DNA of 64,000 nucleotides from an uncultured Pseudoduganella sp. (GCA_966211685.1 CBIHOX010000011.1:7649-71648); one strand, 5' to 3'; positions 28,929 to 37,806 are shown, counted from the first letter of the stretch. Numbers and translations: made by a program. The notes: generated by a model not told the origin, from the letters alone.

Positions 28929-29029
28929 TTAAAGGGCTCCTAAGGGATTCATTGAAAGTCAATATTGCAGGGGCTCAAACCCGCTACAACCCAACGTACC
29001 GAATACTCGCAGATGGATTTGCGTACTAA

Positions 29030-29045
29030 TGTGACGGTCATCACA
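29030..29045. promoter_or_regulatory. Perfect CRP-type box TGTGA-CGGTCA-TCACA upstream of the S-layer gene
   Basis: taaTGTGAcggtcaTCACAaaa. With the centre set at -41.5, the minus strand gives an extended -10 TG-C-GAGTAT at 29011-29003. Confidence 0.85.
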
Positions 29046-29287
29046 AAACAACACAAATCCTCTGTTTATTAGTAATTTATTCACTAAAAAAATACACGGC
29101 GGGACATTATCCGAGATGGCAAGAGGTAAAGCAAGGATTAGCAACTTTCCCGGCAGGGTACCCCCAACGCAATCCTTGCCAGCCCCATGGACAGCGCCAG
29201 CCGGCCGTTAACAGCGCGGCTAACTTACCATAAAGGCACTGATAACGGGCGCTACAGATGGGTCTGAATAAAAAAGTCACAAGCATA

Positions 29288-29330
29288 TAAAAAGCGCAAG
29301 CAAGGCTAATGCCGTGCTTGCGCTTTTATT
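29288..29330. terminator. Terminator downstream of the FecR-domain gene (probably bidirectional)
   Basis: AAAAGCGCAAGCA...TGCTTGCGCTTTT stem with A/T runs on both sides. Confidence 0.75.
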
Positions 29331-29369
29331 AACTTTGATTGGCGTGCAATTAGCGCACGCGAATTGGCG

Positions 29370-30782
29370 TCACTTGGGCTTGGTCCAATACGTGGCGCCT
29401 TCCGTGGTGCGGGCCGCATCGAGACGCCCCTGGAACAGGTAGGCCGCAGTGCCCCCATTCTCCGAACTCAACACCCCTGTCACATTGACATTGCTGTTGT
29501 TGTTGTAACGTGGCGACTCTCCATAGAAGCGGCCATCGCTCCCCACCGTGCCGCTGGAACGCATGTTGAAACGCTCGGCCTGCGCCACCAGGTCAAAACT
29601 GGTGGTGTACGTTTTTTGGTCAAAATTGAAATTCAATACACCGTTTTCCACTTTGGCCACTTCCGCCGGCGTGAAACTGTCGCGCAAAATATACGCTTCA
29701 CTGTCTTTCAAGGTGAAACCAGCTGAACTGCGTTCCGGTATTTGATAATCGGCGCCCGGCGTGCGGAACAAGGCAAAGTTGCCTTTCATGTCCACCAGCT
29801 CCGCACCGCTCTTCAGCATGGCGACCAGGTCCACCTTGGCGGTTTTATCGAGCAACGGTTGCCAGCGTCCCCAGACGATCTTCCGCTCAGGCTGCGGCGG
29901 TTCAGGCGGCGTCACCACGGGCGGGTCCACCACCGGCGGCGTCACCACCGGCGGGACCACCACCACCCCGCCGCCCGTGTCGGGTTTTTCCAGCACTGGC
30001 GGCACGGTAACGATCGGGTCCGGAGTCGTCGTTGGCGGCTGCTGCACCACTTGCGCCACGCGCTGCTTCAACTCCTGGTCTTTTTTTGCTTCCAGGCTGG
30101 GTTCCGGCGGCCCGCCCGCCATGCCGCCTTTAGGTTCATCCGTGCGTGGCGGCGCCACCACATCCGGCGCCAAAGTGCCAGACGGCAACAATTGTGGCGC
30201 CGCCTGGCCGCGGCGCACCTGCAACAGCAGGCCGCGCTGCGCGGCGGACAATTCACGGCTGGCCTTGCCTTCGCATGGGCCGGTACCGTCCGGGCTGCAC
30301 GCGCCGGCAAATCCACTAATAGTAATACCGCCAGACAGCACGGTGACCCGGGTTACTTCCTGGTCGGCCGACACGGCGAAATCCGTCCCACGCACCCCAA
30401 TGGCCGCCACCGGCGTATTGAAACGGAAATTCTGGCGCGCCTGCTTGACGGCTTCGCCGGACTGGCTGCGCGCCACCCCTTCCAGCAATTCCAGCTTGAT
30501 GCGGGTATTGGCCGGGTTGGCGGCGTCGATGTGGTAATTGACGATGCGGGCCTTGCTCGACGGCCGGACAATGAACAGGCCGTTGTCGATGGTTTTCACA
30601 TACACATAGCCATCGCCTCCGGTGACCAGCATATCCCCTTCCCGCACCACGCCGTTCAATTCGGCGGCGCGGTCGGCGACCTTGACCTGGCCTGCGACAA
30701 AAATGATTTTCCCGGCATCGGCCGCGAAGGCTGTTGCGCCCCACAAGCCGAGCCCGACGATAGCTAATAGATTACGCAACAT
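29370..30782 (-). CDS. Exported FecR-domain protein with Pro-rich linker and C-terminal beta-rich domain
   Basis: Signal peptide MLRNLLAIVGLGLWGATAFA, FecR-type ...FRFNTPVAAIGVRGTDFAV...VTVLSGGI, linker PVVTPPVVDPPVVTPPEPPQPE, alternating aromatic/polar strands at the C-terminus. Confidence 0.85.
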   Translation of the reverse strand: MLRNLLAIVGLGLWGATAFAADAGKIIFVAGQVKVADRAAELNGVVREGDMLVTGGDGYVYVKTIDNGLFIVRPSSKARIVNYHIDAANPANTRIKLELLEGVARSQSGEAVKQARQNFRFNTPVAAIGVRGTDFAVSADQEVTRVTVLSGGITISGFAGACSPDGTGPCEGKASRELSAAQRGLLLQVRRGQAAPQLLPSGTLAPDVVAPPRTDEPKGGMAGGPPEPSLEAKKDQELKQRVAQVVQQPPTTTPDPIVTVPPVLEKPDTGGGVVVVPPVVTPPVVDPPVVTPPEPPQPERKIVWGRWQPLLDKTAKVDLVAMLKSGAELVDMKGNFALFRTPGADYQIPERSSAGFTLKDSEAYILRDSFTPAEVAKVENGVLNFNFDQKTYTTSFDLVAQAERFNMRSSGTVGSDGRFYGESPRYNNNSNVNVTGVLSSENGGTAAYLFQGRLDAARTTEGATYWTKPK

Positions 30783-30837
30783 ATGATTCCTTTTCCTTCT
30801 GGCGCCCGGATATGGTGATGGGCGATGGCGCGGATGT

Positions 30838-30867
30838 GCCGGATTACGCTGCGCTAATCCGGCCTAC
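30838..30867. repeat. GTAG REP
   Basis: gccggattacgctgcgctaatccggcctac, identical to 9865-9894. Confidence 0.85.
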
Positions 30868-30967
30868 ATCACAAGCTGCAGGGGCGGATCGCGGTCCGCC
30901 GTTGCTTGAGGGTCTGCAGGCGGCCTTCCCCTGTTACCGTAATTATCCCTGTGGATACACAAGTTAC

Positions 30968-30983
30968 AGTGACGACCATCACA
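30968..30983. promoter_or_regulatory. Near-perfect CRP-type box AGTGA-CGACCA-TCACA in the fecR/cyclase divergent region
   Basis: 9/10 consensus match. GATAAT on the minus strand (30947-30942) lies at class II distance, facing the FecR-domain gene. Confidence 0.7.
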
Positions 30984-31128
30984 TTGTACCGAACTTGCCT
31001 GCCTCGGCCGCCAAGGTTACACATTGTTGCAAAGCAGGGTCTCCATATATATAGAGGGTAGGAAGGCTGACGTATAATAAAAGCTCAGTCTCCCCATCTT
31101 CCAGCGCAGCACTTTCAGGCGATCCCCT

Positions 31129-33066
31129 TTGTTGAGTTTTACGGCATTGTCCACGTGGCGTTCCTTTTTCCGTATACCGGCCATCCCGGCGCATGCGGTG
31201 CTGGCCGCGATCGGGCTGGCTGCCGTGCTGTTGACCGCGGCCGCCCAGTGGGGCATGCCGGCCGGCGCCACCTTCCCCGCCGATGAATGGCTGCGCGACC
31301 GCATCCTGCGCCTGCGCAGCGCGCCCACGCCGGAGCCGCGCATCCTGGTGGTCGATATCGATGAAGCCAGCCTGGCAGAAGTAGGCGCCTGGCCGTGGCC
31401 GCGCGAGCGGCTGGCCACTTTGGCGGAAATCCTGCTGACCCATTACGAAGCACGCGGCGTGGCCTTCGATATCCTGCTGCCCACGGCCGGCGATCCGCAG
31501 GGCGACCAGCGCCTGATGATGCTGGCGGCGCATGGGCCGCTGGTGCTGGCGCAGGCATTCGATTATCCGGAAGCCCAGCGCCAGCCGCTGCGCGCCGGAC
31601 AGCTCGGCGGCGCCCGCCCCGGCCGCGGCACGGCCCAGCTGGAAGCTTCCGGCTACATCGCCAACCACCCGCAATTCGCTAATGCGCGCAATATCGGCAA
31701 CATCGGCTTCCTGCCCGATGCCGATGGCGCGCTGCGCCGCGTGCCGCTGCTCACCAGTTTCAATGGCGCGCTGTATCCTTCGCTGTCGCTGGCGCTGCTC
31801 GATTGCTGCAGCGGCGGCCCCAAACTCGTGGTGACGGACCCGGCGCCGTTGCGGGTGGATTTCCAGCGCGACTGGAATGCCTATACCGTGGTCAGCGCCG
31901 CCGACATCCTCGACGAACGCATTGCCCCCGAGAGCGCTTCCGGCCGCCTGGTGCTGGTCGGCTCCTCGTCGATGGGCACCGGCGACCGCGTGACCACACC
32001 ATTGGCGCGCAACCGCCCCGGCCTCGGCGTGCAGGCCGCCGTGCTGTCGACCATCCTGGACCGCCAGCAAGGACTGGCGCCCCGCCCCTGGCCGGGCCGC
32101 CTGATCGCCTGCGTGTTTACCGCCATCGTGGCGCTGGTGAGCGTGTGGAGTTTCCCGCGCCTGTCCGCCATGGCCAGCGTCAGCCTGCTCGGCGCCGGCA
32201 TGGCGGCGTGGCTGGGCGTGGCGTGGGTGGTGTTGCCGCACGACGACGCCATGGTCAGCAGCGCCCCGCTGGCCAGTTGCCTGTTCTTGCTGGCGTTTGC
32301 CATTCCTTACCAGTGGCACGTCAGCCAGCGCCGTTCGCGCCGCCTGCTCGATACCCTGCGCCAATATGTGGCGCCCGCCGTCGTGACGGAACTGTTGCGC
32401 AGCGACATGGCCGATCCCTTGCAGCCGCGCCTGCTCGACGTCACCACCCTGATTGCCGACCTGCAGGGTTACACGTCGCACGTGGAAGCGCTGCCGCTCG
32501 ATGAAGCCGCGGAATTGACCAGCAGTTTCCTCGATTGCCTCACCGCCCCCGTGATTGAACAGCAGGGCACCTTGGATAAATATACCGGCGACGGCTTGGT
32601 GGCATTCTGGGGTGCGCCGTTGCCCAATGATAACCATGCTGATTTGGCATTGGACGCGGCACGTGATATTGTAGCCAGAGTGCAACAATTGAGCGCCCAG
32701 CGCCGTGCCGCCGGCTTCCCGCCGCTGCGGGTGCGGATCGGCATTGAAAGCGGCCCCGCCATGGCGGGCGATTTCGGCAGCGTGTTCCGCAGCGTGTATA
32801 CCGCGGTCGGCGACAGTGTGAACACGGCGGCGCGCCTGGAGCAGGCCGCCAGGGATTTCCCGCACGACGTCATCATTGGCGCCGGTACAGCACAACGCAC
32901 GCGCCGCCACCGGCTCATGTTGCTGGGCGAACGGCAATTACGCGGCAAAGATAAACCAACCATTCTTTATACGTTTGACAGCAGCATGGATGTCTCCCTC
33001 ACCAACGGCCTCACTGGCGCCAGCCAGGCTGCCGCCACGCCGGCAAAGGCAGCGTTTACTGCATGA
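31129..33066 (+). CDS. CHASE2-domain class III adenylate cyclase (start codon uncertain)
   Basis: N-terminal TM, CHASE2 motifs ILVVDIDEASL...GAWPWPRERLA...FDILLP...D.DGALRR, three TMs, cyclase motifs LIADLQGYT, DKYTGDGLVAFWG and YTAVGDSVNTAARLE. Both Asp residues, the ATP-specifying Lys/Thr and the Asn/Arg are present. Confidence 0.92.
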   Translation: MLSFTALSTWRSFFRIPAIPAHAVLAAIGLAAVLLTAAAQWGMPAGATFPADEWLRDRILRLRSAPTPEPRILVVDIDEASLAEVGAWPWPRERLATLAEILLTHYEARGVAFDILLPTAGDPQGDQRLMMLAAHGPLVLAQAFDYPEAQRQPLRAGQLGGARPGRGTAQLEASGYIANHPQFANARNIGNIGFLPDADGALRRVPLLTSFNGALYPSLSLALLDCCSGGPKLVVTDPAPLRVDFQRDWNAYTVVSAADILDERIAPESASGRLVLVGSSSMGTGDRVTTPLARNRPGLGVQAAVLSTILDRQQGLAPRPWPGRLIACVFTAIVALVSVWSFPRLSAMASVSLLGAGMAAWLGVAWVVLPHDDAMVSSAPLASCLFLLAFAIPYQWHVSQRRSRRLLDTLRQYVAPAVVTELLRSDMADPLQPRLLDVTTLIADLQGYTSHVEALPLDEAAELTSSFLDCLTAPVIEQQGTLDKYTGDGLVAFWGAPLPNDNHADLALDAARDIVARVQQLSAQRRAAGFPPLRVRIGIESGPAMAGDFGSVFRSVYTAVGDSVNTAARLEQAARDFPHDVIIGAGTAQRTRRHRLMLLGERQLRGKDKPTILYTFDSSMDVSLTNGLTGASQAAATPAKAAFTA

Positions 33067-34325
33067 CGCATCGCCTTGCCCTGACAGCCTGGCTGCTGGC
33101 CATGGCCGCGCTGCCGGCCGCGGCGCAGGACGCCCCCCGGGAGCCCGCGCCGCCGCTGCCCGTGGTGGAAATACCCGGTCCGCACCAGCAGGATTGGTAC
33201 CAGGCCGCGCTGCAGTCGATTGCCGAGGGCCGCAAGCATGACGCCAGCGCGGAACTGGAGCGTGTCATCCGCAATGAACCGCTGCACGCCGGCGCCTGGC
33301 TGGACCTGGCGCTGATCCAGTGCAGCCTGGGCCACGCCGAGGAAGCCTTCCGCCTGTTCGGTATCATCGAGGAGCGCTTCAAGCCGCCGCCGGCATTCCT
33401 GGAATTGATCGCCAGTTACCGCCAGCAGGGATGCGACCGGTGGGAAGTGCAAAGCCAGGCCAGCCTCACGCTGGCGCGCGGCATCGACCAGAACGTCAAC
33501 CAGGGCCCGAGCGCCAGCAGTTACTCGGTCGGCACCGCCGCGCTCAGCGTGGAATATCCGGTGTCGCCGGAATTCAGGCCGAAACACGACCAGTATACGT
33601 CGCTGTCCGGCGATTATCTGCGCGACCTTACCAGCAATGGCACGGTCGGCATCGTGCAATTCCAGTTCCGGCGCAATGATGAATTGAAACAATATGACAA
33701 TGCATCGCTGTTCGGCAGCGTCGAGTCGCCGTGGCGCCTGGGCAACTTCAGCGGCCGCCATGTCGGCACGGCCGGCCTGCTGACACTGGGCGGCCACCTG
33801 TACCAGCGCCAGGCCCAGTTGCAGGAGCGCGTCACGGTACCCCTGCCCGGCAAGGTGCAATTGACGATGATGACCAGCATGACGCGCCTGAATTACGTCA
33901 CGTTGAACAATTTCGATTCCAGCACGGCGGAACTGCGCGGCGTGCTCAGTTACAGTGCCGGCGCCGGCAGCGTGCGCGCCGCCATCAGCCTGCTCAATGA
34001 CCATGCGATGGCCGACCGCCCCGGCGGCAACCGCCATGGCCAGGTGCGCTCGGTGTTGTTCCGCCAGAACCTGGGCATGCGCATCACGGGCGAACTCGGC
34101 TACACCGACCAAACCTGGCAAAGCGCCACCGCATATGCGCCGGGCGCACTGGACATCATCCGGCAGCAGCGCACGCAATCGCTGACGGCCAGCCTGTTTT
34201 ACCCGATCGGCAAGAACCAGATGGTGCAGCTGGAAGCGCGGAAAGTACGAAATCAGGAAAACATTCCGATCTTTCAGTACAATAATCGGCAGTTACAGCT
34301 AAGTTGGCAGTGGCAGGGTTTGTGA
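33063..34325 (+). CDS. Exported TPR plus outer-membrane beta-barrel protein (Slam/NsrA-like architecture)
   Basis: Signal peptide, TPR-like helices (EPLHAGAWLDLALIQCSLGHAEEA), amphipathic beta strands ending QLQLSWQWQGL. ATGA overlap with the cyclase stop. Confidence 0.75.
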   Translation: MTHRLALTAWLLAMAALPAAAQDAPREPAPPLPVVEIPGPHQQDWYQAALQSIAEGRKHDASAELERVIRNEPLHAGAWLDLALIQCSLGHAEEAFRLFGIIEERFKPPPAFLELIASYRQQGCDRWEVQSQASLTLARGIDQNVNQGPSASSYSVGTAALSVEYPVSPEFRPKHDQYTSLSGDYLRDLTSNGTVGIVQFQFRRNDELKQYDNASLFGSVESPWRLGNFSGRHVGTAGLLTLGGHLYQRQAQLQERVTVPLPGKVQLTMMTSMTRLNYVTLNNFDSSTAELRGVLSYSAGAGSVRAAISLLNDHAMADRPGGNRHGQVRSVLFRQNLGMRITGELGYTDQTWQSATAYAPGALDIIRQQRTQSLTASLFYPIGKNQMVQLEARKVRNQENIPIFQYNNRQLQLSWQWQGL

Positions 34326-34334
34326 GTGTAAAGA

Positions 34335-34679
34335 ATGGCAAATGAAATTTGGGGTATCGCTTTACTGGTTGGTATCCTGGGCCTGTCGGCCGGTTGCCTG
34401 GTCCCCAACCGGTGGTTGCCTGCCCGCATGCCCAACGATAAGTTGATGCATTTCGTCGCGTTTGCCGTCCTGGCCGGAGTGGCCATGCAAATCGCACAAA
34501 CCCGTATCGAAGCGGCCTGGTGGATGCTGGGCTTGCTGGTGGCGGGTTGGATAATTGAATGTCTGCAACAATTGCTGCCGGACCGCGGCTTCAGCTGGCG
34601 CGACATTGCCGCCAACGCGGCCGGCATCGTATTTGCCGCCGGCTGTACCCTGGCCTACCAAAGCCTGCCGATTTCGTGA
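34335..34679 (+). CDS. VanZ-like small membrane protein
   Basis: NDKLMHFVAFAVLA...IECLQQLLPDRGFSWRDIAANAAGI, a VanZ-like pattern. Confidence 0.8.
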   Translation: MANEIWGIALLVGILGLSAGCLVPNRWLPARMPNDKLMHFVAFAVLAGVAMQIAQTRIEAAWWMLGLLVAGWIIECLQQLLPDRGFSWRDIAANAAGIVFAAGCTLAYQSLPIS

Positions 34680-34732
34680 CGCAGATCACACGATACTGCT
34701 CGACTGACGCCGCTCCATGAGATAATCACTGC

Positions 34733-35485
34733 ATGAGTTCGACGCCCCTGCCTGCCAACGCGCCTGCGCAAACCGCCACTGCCGCGCCTTCCGCCGCTCC
34801 CGCCAGCGAAGAGCGCAATGTCCAGGTGCACCTGCGCAAAATCCCGCTGCTGGCGAATTTGAACGATGAGGAAATTGCCCGCGTGAAGGCGGACATCCGC
34901 ATCCGCCAATACGCCAAGCGTGAAGTCGTGCTGCACAAGGGCGGCAGCGGCGACGGCTTGCTGTTCCTGCTGGCGGGCCAGTTGCAAGTCATCGACGTGA
35001 CCGAGGATGGCCGCGCGATCGGCTTGCGCATGCTGGTGCCGGGCGACTTTTTCGGCGAAATCGCGCTGATCAACAATACCACCCGCTCCGCTTCCGTGGT
35101 GGCCACCACCGACGTGCTGGTGGCGTTCCTGCCGGCGCCGACCGCGATGCACCTGTTTTCCCATTCGCCGTCGGTGGCGCGCCAGATGCTGCAACACCTG
35201 GCGCAAAAGATCCAGCGCGACTCGGAATTCCGCGCGCTGCTCAGCATCAACAACACGGCCAAGCGCATTTACACCTACCTGGTGCTGATGCAAAAGAAAA
35301 ACCCGGACGGCACCGTGGTGGAAAACCTGCCGACTCACCAAGACATTGCCAACATGATCAACACCAGCCGCGAAACCGTGACGCGCGCGCTGTTGACCTT
35401 GGTGCAACAGGGTATCGTGCAAAAAGAACCGAATCGCCTGGTCATCAAGGATCCGGAAGCGCTGCAAAAGCTGGTGCAGGGCTGA
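34733..35485 (+). CDS. Crp/Fnr family cNMP-binding transcriptional regulator
   Basis: cNMP pocket GDFFGEIAL...RSASV; HTH THQDIANMINTSRETVTRAL; no FNR-type Cys cluster. Confidence 0.93.
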   Translation: MSSTPLPANAPAQTATAAPSAAPASEERNVQVHLRKIPLLANLNDEEIARVKADIRIRQYAKREVVLHKGGSGDGLLFLLAGQLQVIDVTEDGRAIGLRMLVPGDFFGEIALINNTTRSASVVATTDVLVAFLPAPTAMHLFSHSPSVARQMLQHLAQKIQRDSEFRALLSINNTAKRIYTYLVLMQKKNPDGTVVENLPTHQDIANMINTSRETVTRALLTLVQQGIVQKEPNRLVIKDPEALQKLVQG

Positions 35486-35506
35486 AATAAGGCGCTGCCG
35501 CATGAT

Positions 35507-35591
35507 GTAGGGCGGATCGTGATCCGCCATGCTGGCGCCGTGGCAAGCGCTGGCGGCGGATGCCGGATGACGCTGCGCTAATCCAGCCTAC
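35507..35591. repeat. BIME-like REP unit (inverted copy of 1484-1568)
   Basis: GTAGggcggatcgtgatccgcc ... gccggatgacgctgcgctaatccagcCTAC, with a spacer also similar to that of the 1484-1568 unit. Confidence 0.8.
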
Positions 35592-35779
35592 GGTTCACCA
35601 CCACTGCCCGCCTTTAACCTGTGACAACGTGTTACAACTGTGGCAAGGCCTCTTGCCGCAGTGCGGTATAATACCCGCCTCCTACCGGTTTCCAGACAGC
35701 GCCGCTTCCAGGACGGCGTATCAGCTTTCAAAATGACAGTTTCAATCGCAGCAGCGGCACGCTTGCAACGAGGTGCGGC

Positions 35780-36580
35780 ATGATTTCGGGCATGATGATG
35801 CGGGCGCTGTGGTCGTACCGCGGCTTCGTCGCGGGCAGCGTACGGCGCGAGTTCCAGGCCAAATACCGCAATACCATGCTGGGCGCCGCATGGGCGGTGC
35901 TCAGCCCGCTGGCCATGATCCTGGTCTACACCATGATTTTTTCCCAGGTCATGCAAAGCAAGTTGCCCGGCAACGCCAGCCAGTACGGCTACAGCATTTA
36001 CCTGTGCGCTGGCATCCTGACCTGGGGCCTGTTCTCGGAAATCCTGGCGCGCTCGCAAAACGTGTTCTTGGAAAACGCCAACCTGCTGAAGAAAATCAGC
36101 TTTCCGCGCATTTGCCTGCCCGTCATCGTGGTGTTGAACGCGCTGCTCAATTTCGCCATCATTTTCGGCCTGTTCACCGCGTTTTTGATCCTGTCCGGCC
36201 AGTTCCCCGGCGCCGTGTTCCTGTTGCTGTTGCCGGTGATCGCGCTGCAAGTGCTGCTGGCGCTGGGACTGGGCATGGTGCTGGGCGTGTTGAACGTGTT
36301 CTTCCGCGACGTCGGCCAGTTTTTCACGATCTTCCTGCAATTCTGGTTCTGGCTCACGCCCATCGTCTACCCGGCCTCGATCGTGCCGGAAAGCGTGCGC
36401 GAGGCCATGAAATTCAATCCCATGGCGGCGCTGATCCAGGCGTGCCAGGACATCCTGGTGGCCGGCCGCGCGCCGGCCTGGGGCGACCTGCTGCCCGGCG
36501 CCGTGCTGGCGCTGGCGCTGTGCGCGCTGGGCTTGCACTTGTTCCGCCGCCGCGCGGGTGAAATGGTGGATGAACTCTGA
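35780..36580 (+). CDS. wzm: Polysaccharide ABC exporter permease (start may be one of the next in-frame Met codons)
   Basis: RREFQAKYRNTMLGAAWAVLSPL, LLKKISFPR, LNVFFRDVGQ, WFWLTPIVYP, NPMAALI. Confidence 0.93.
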   Translation: MISGMMMRALWSYRGFVAGSVRREFQAKYRNTMLGAAWAVLSPLAMILVYTMIFSQVMQSKLPGNASQYGYSIYLCAGILTWGLFSEILARSQNVFLENANLLKKISFPRICLPVIVVLNALLNFAIIFGLFTAFLILSGQFPGAVFLLLLPVIALQVLLALGLGMVLGVLNVFFRDVGQFFTIFLQFWFWLTPIVYPASIVPESVREAMKFNPMAALIQACQDILVAGRAPAWGDLLPGAVLALALCALGLHLFRRRAGEMVDEL

Positions 36581-37806
36581 TGGGATCGATTACCGTTACC
36601 AAACTGGGCAAGGCCTACAAGCAATATCCGACACGCTGGTCGCGCCTGCGCGAATGGCTGCCCATGGGCGGCACGCACCACACGCTGAAGTGGATCTTGC
36701 AGGACATCGATTTCCAGGTGAAGCCCGGCGAAGCCGTGGGCCTGATCGGCACCAATGGCGCCGGCAAGAGTACGCTGTTAAAGCTGATCACCGGCACCAC
36801 GCAGCCGACCACCGGATCGATCTACATGGAAGGCACCGTGGCCGCGCTGCTGGAGCTGGGCATGGGCTTTCATCCCGACTTCACGGGGCGCCAGAACGTC
36901 TACATGGCGGGCCAGCTGATGGGCATGAGCATGGAACAGATCACCGCGCTGATGCCGGAAATCGAAGCCTTTGCCGAGGTCGGCGAATACATGGACCAGC
37001 CGGTGCGCGTCTATTCGTCCGGCATGCAGATGCGCGTGGCGTTTTCCATCGCCACCGCGCGCCGGCCCGATATCCTGATCGTCGACGAGGCATTGTCGGT
37101 GGGCGACGCCTACTTCCAGCACAAGAGCTTTGAACGGATCCGCCAGTACCGCCGCGCCGGCACCACCTTACTGCTGGTGTCGCACGACAAGCAGGCCATC
37201 CAGTCGGTGTGCGACCGCGCCATCCTGCTCGATGGCGGCCGTATCGCGCGCCAGGGCCCGCCCGATGAAATCATGGATTACTACAATGCGCTGATCGCCG
37301 ACAAGGAAAACAGCAAGCTGCAATTGCTGGCGCGCGAAGACGGCAAGGTGCAGGTGATTTCCGGTACCGGCGAAGCCACCGTGACCGACATCGCGCTGCT
37401 CAACGAAGCCGGCGAGCGGGTCGACGTGATCGACGTGGGCGCCCGCGTGACCCTGGAAATTGCGGTGCAGACGCGCGCCCTGATCCCGTGCCTGATCCTG
37501 GGCTACATGATCAAGGACCGCCTGGGCCAGCCGATCTACGGCACCAATACCGACTTGCGTGAAATGCCGCTGCATGACGTGCAGCCGGGCGAACGCCACG
37601 TGTACCGCTTCACGTTCGACGCCAACCTGGGCGCGGGCAGCTATTCGGTCGCCACCGCGATCGTCAGCACCGCGACCCACTATGTCAACAATTACGAATG
37701 GCGCGAACTGGCGCTGGTGTTCACGGTCGTGAACATGCGCCGGCCTTATTTCGAAGGTTCCTCGTGGATGGAACCCGCCATTGAAATCGCACGCGACGAG
37801 CCATGA
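36580..37806 (+). CDS. wzt: Polysaccharide ABC exporter ATPase with C-terminal carbohydrate-binding domain
   Basis: Walker A GTNGAGKST, YSSGMQMRVAF, ILIVDEALSVGD, ~150-aa C-terminal Wzt_C-type extension. TGATG coupling to wzm. Confidence 0.93.
   Translation: MGSITVTKLGKAYKQYPTRWSRLREWLPMGGTHHTLKWILQDIDFQVKPGEAVGLIGTNGAGKSTLLKLITGTTQPTTGSIYMEGTVAALLELGMGFHPDFTGRQNVYMAGQLMGMSMEQITALMPEIEAFAEVGEYMDQPVRVYSSGMQMRVAFSIATARRPDILIVDEALSVGDAYFQHKSFERIRQYRRAGTTLLLVSHDKQAIQSVCDRAILLDGGRIARQGPPDEIMDYYNALIADKENSKLQLLAREDGKVQVISGTGEATVTDIALLNEAGERVDVIDVGARVTLEIAVQTRALIPCLILGYMIKDRLGQPIYGTNTDLREMPLHDVQPGERHVYRFTFDANLGAGSYSVATAIVSTATHYVNNYEWRELALVFTVVNMRRPYFEGSSWMEPAIEIARDEP

Noticed and set aside
21585-28943. 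2452-aa plus-strand ORF
   Set aside because: Exact antisense shadow of the S-layer gene in the same codon register, explained by avoidance of TTA/CTA/TCA; no RBS or domain motifs.
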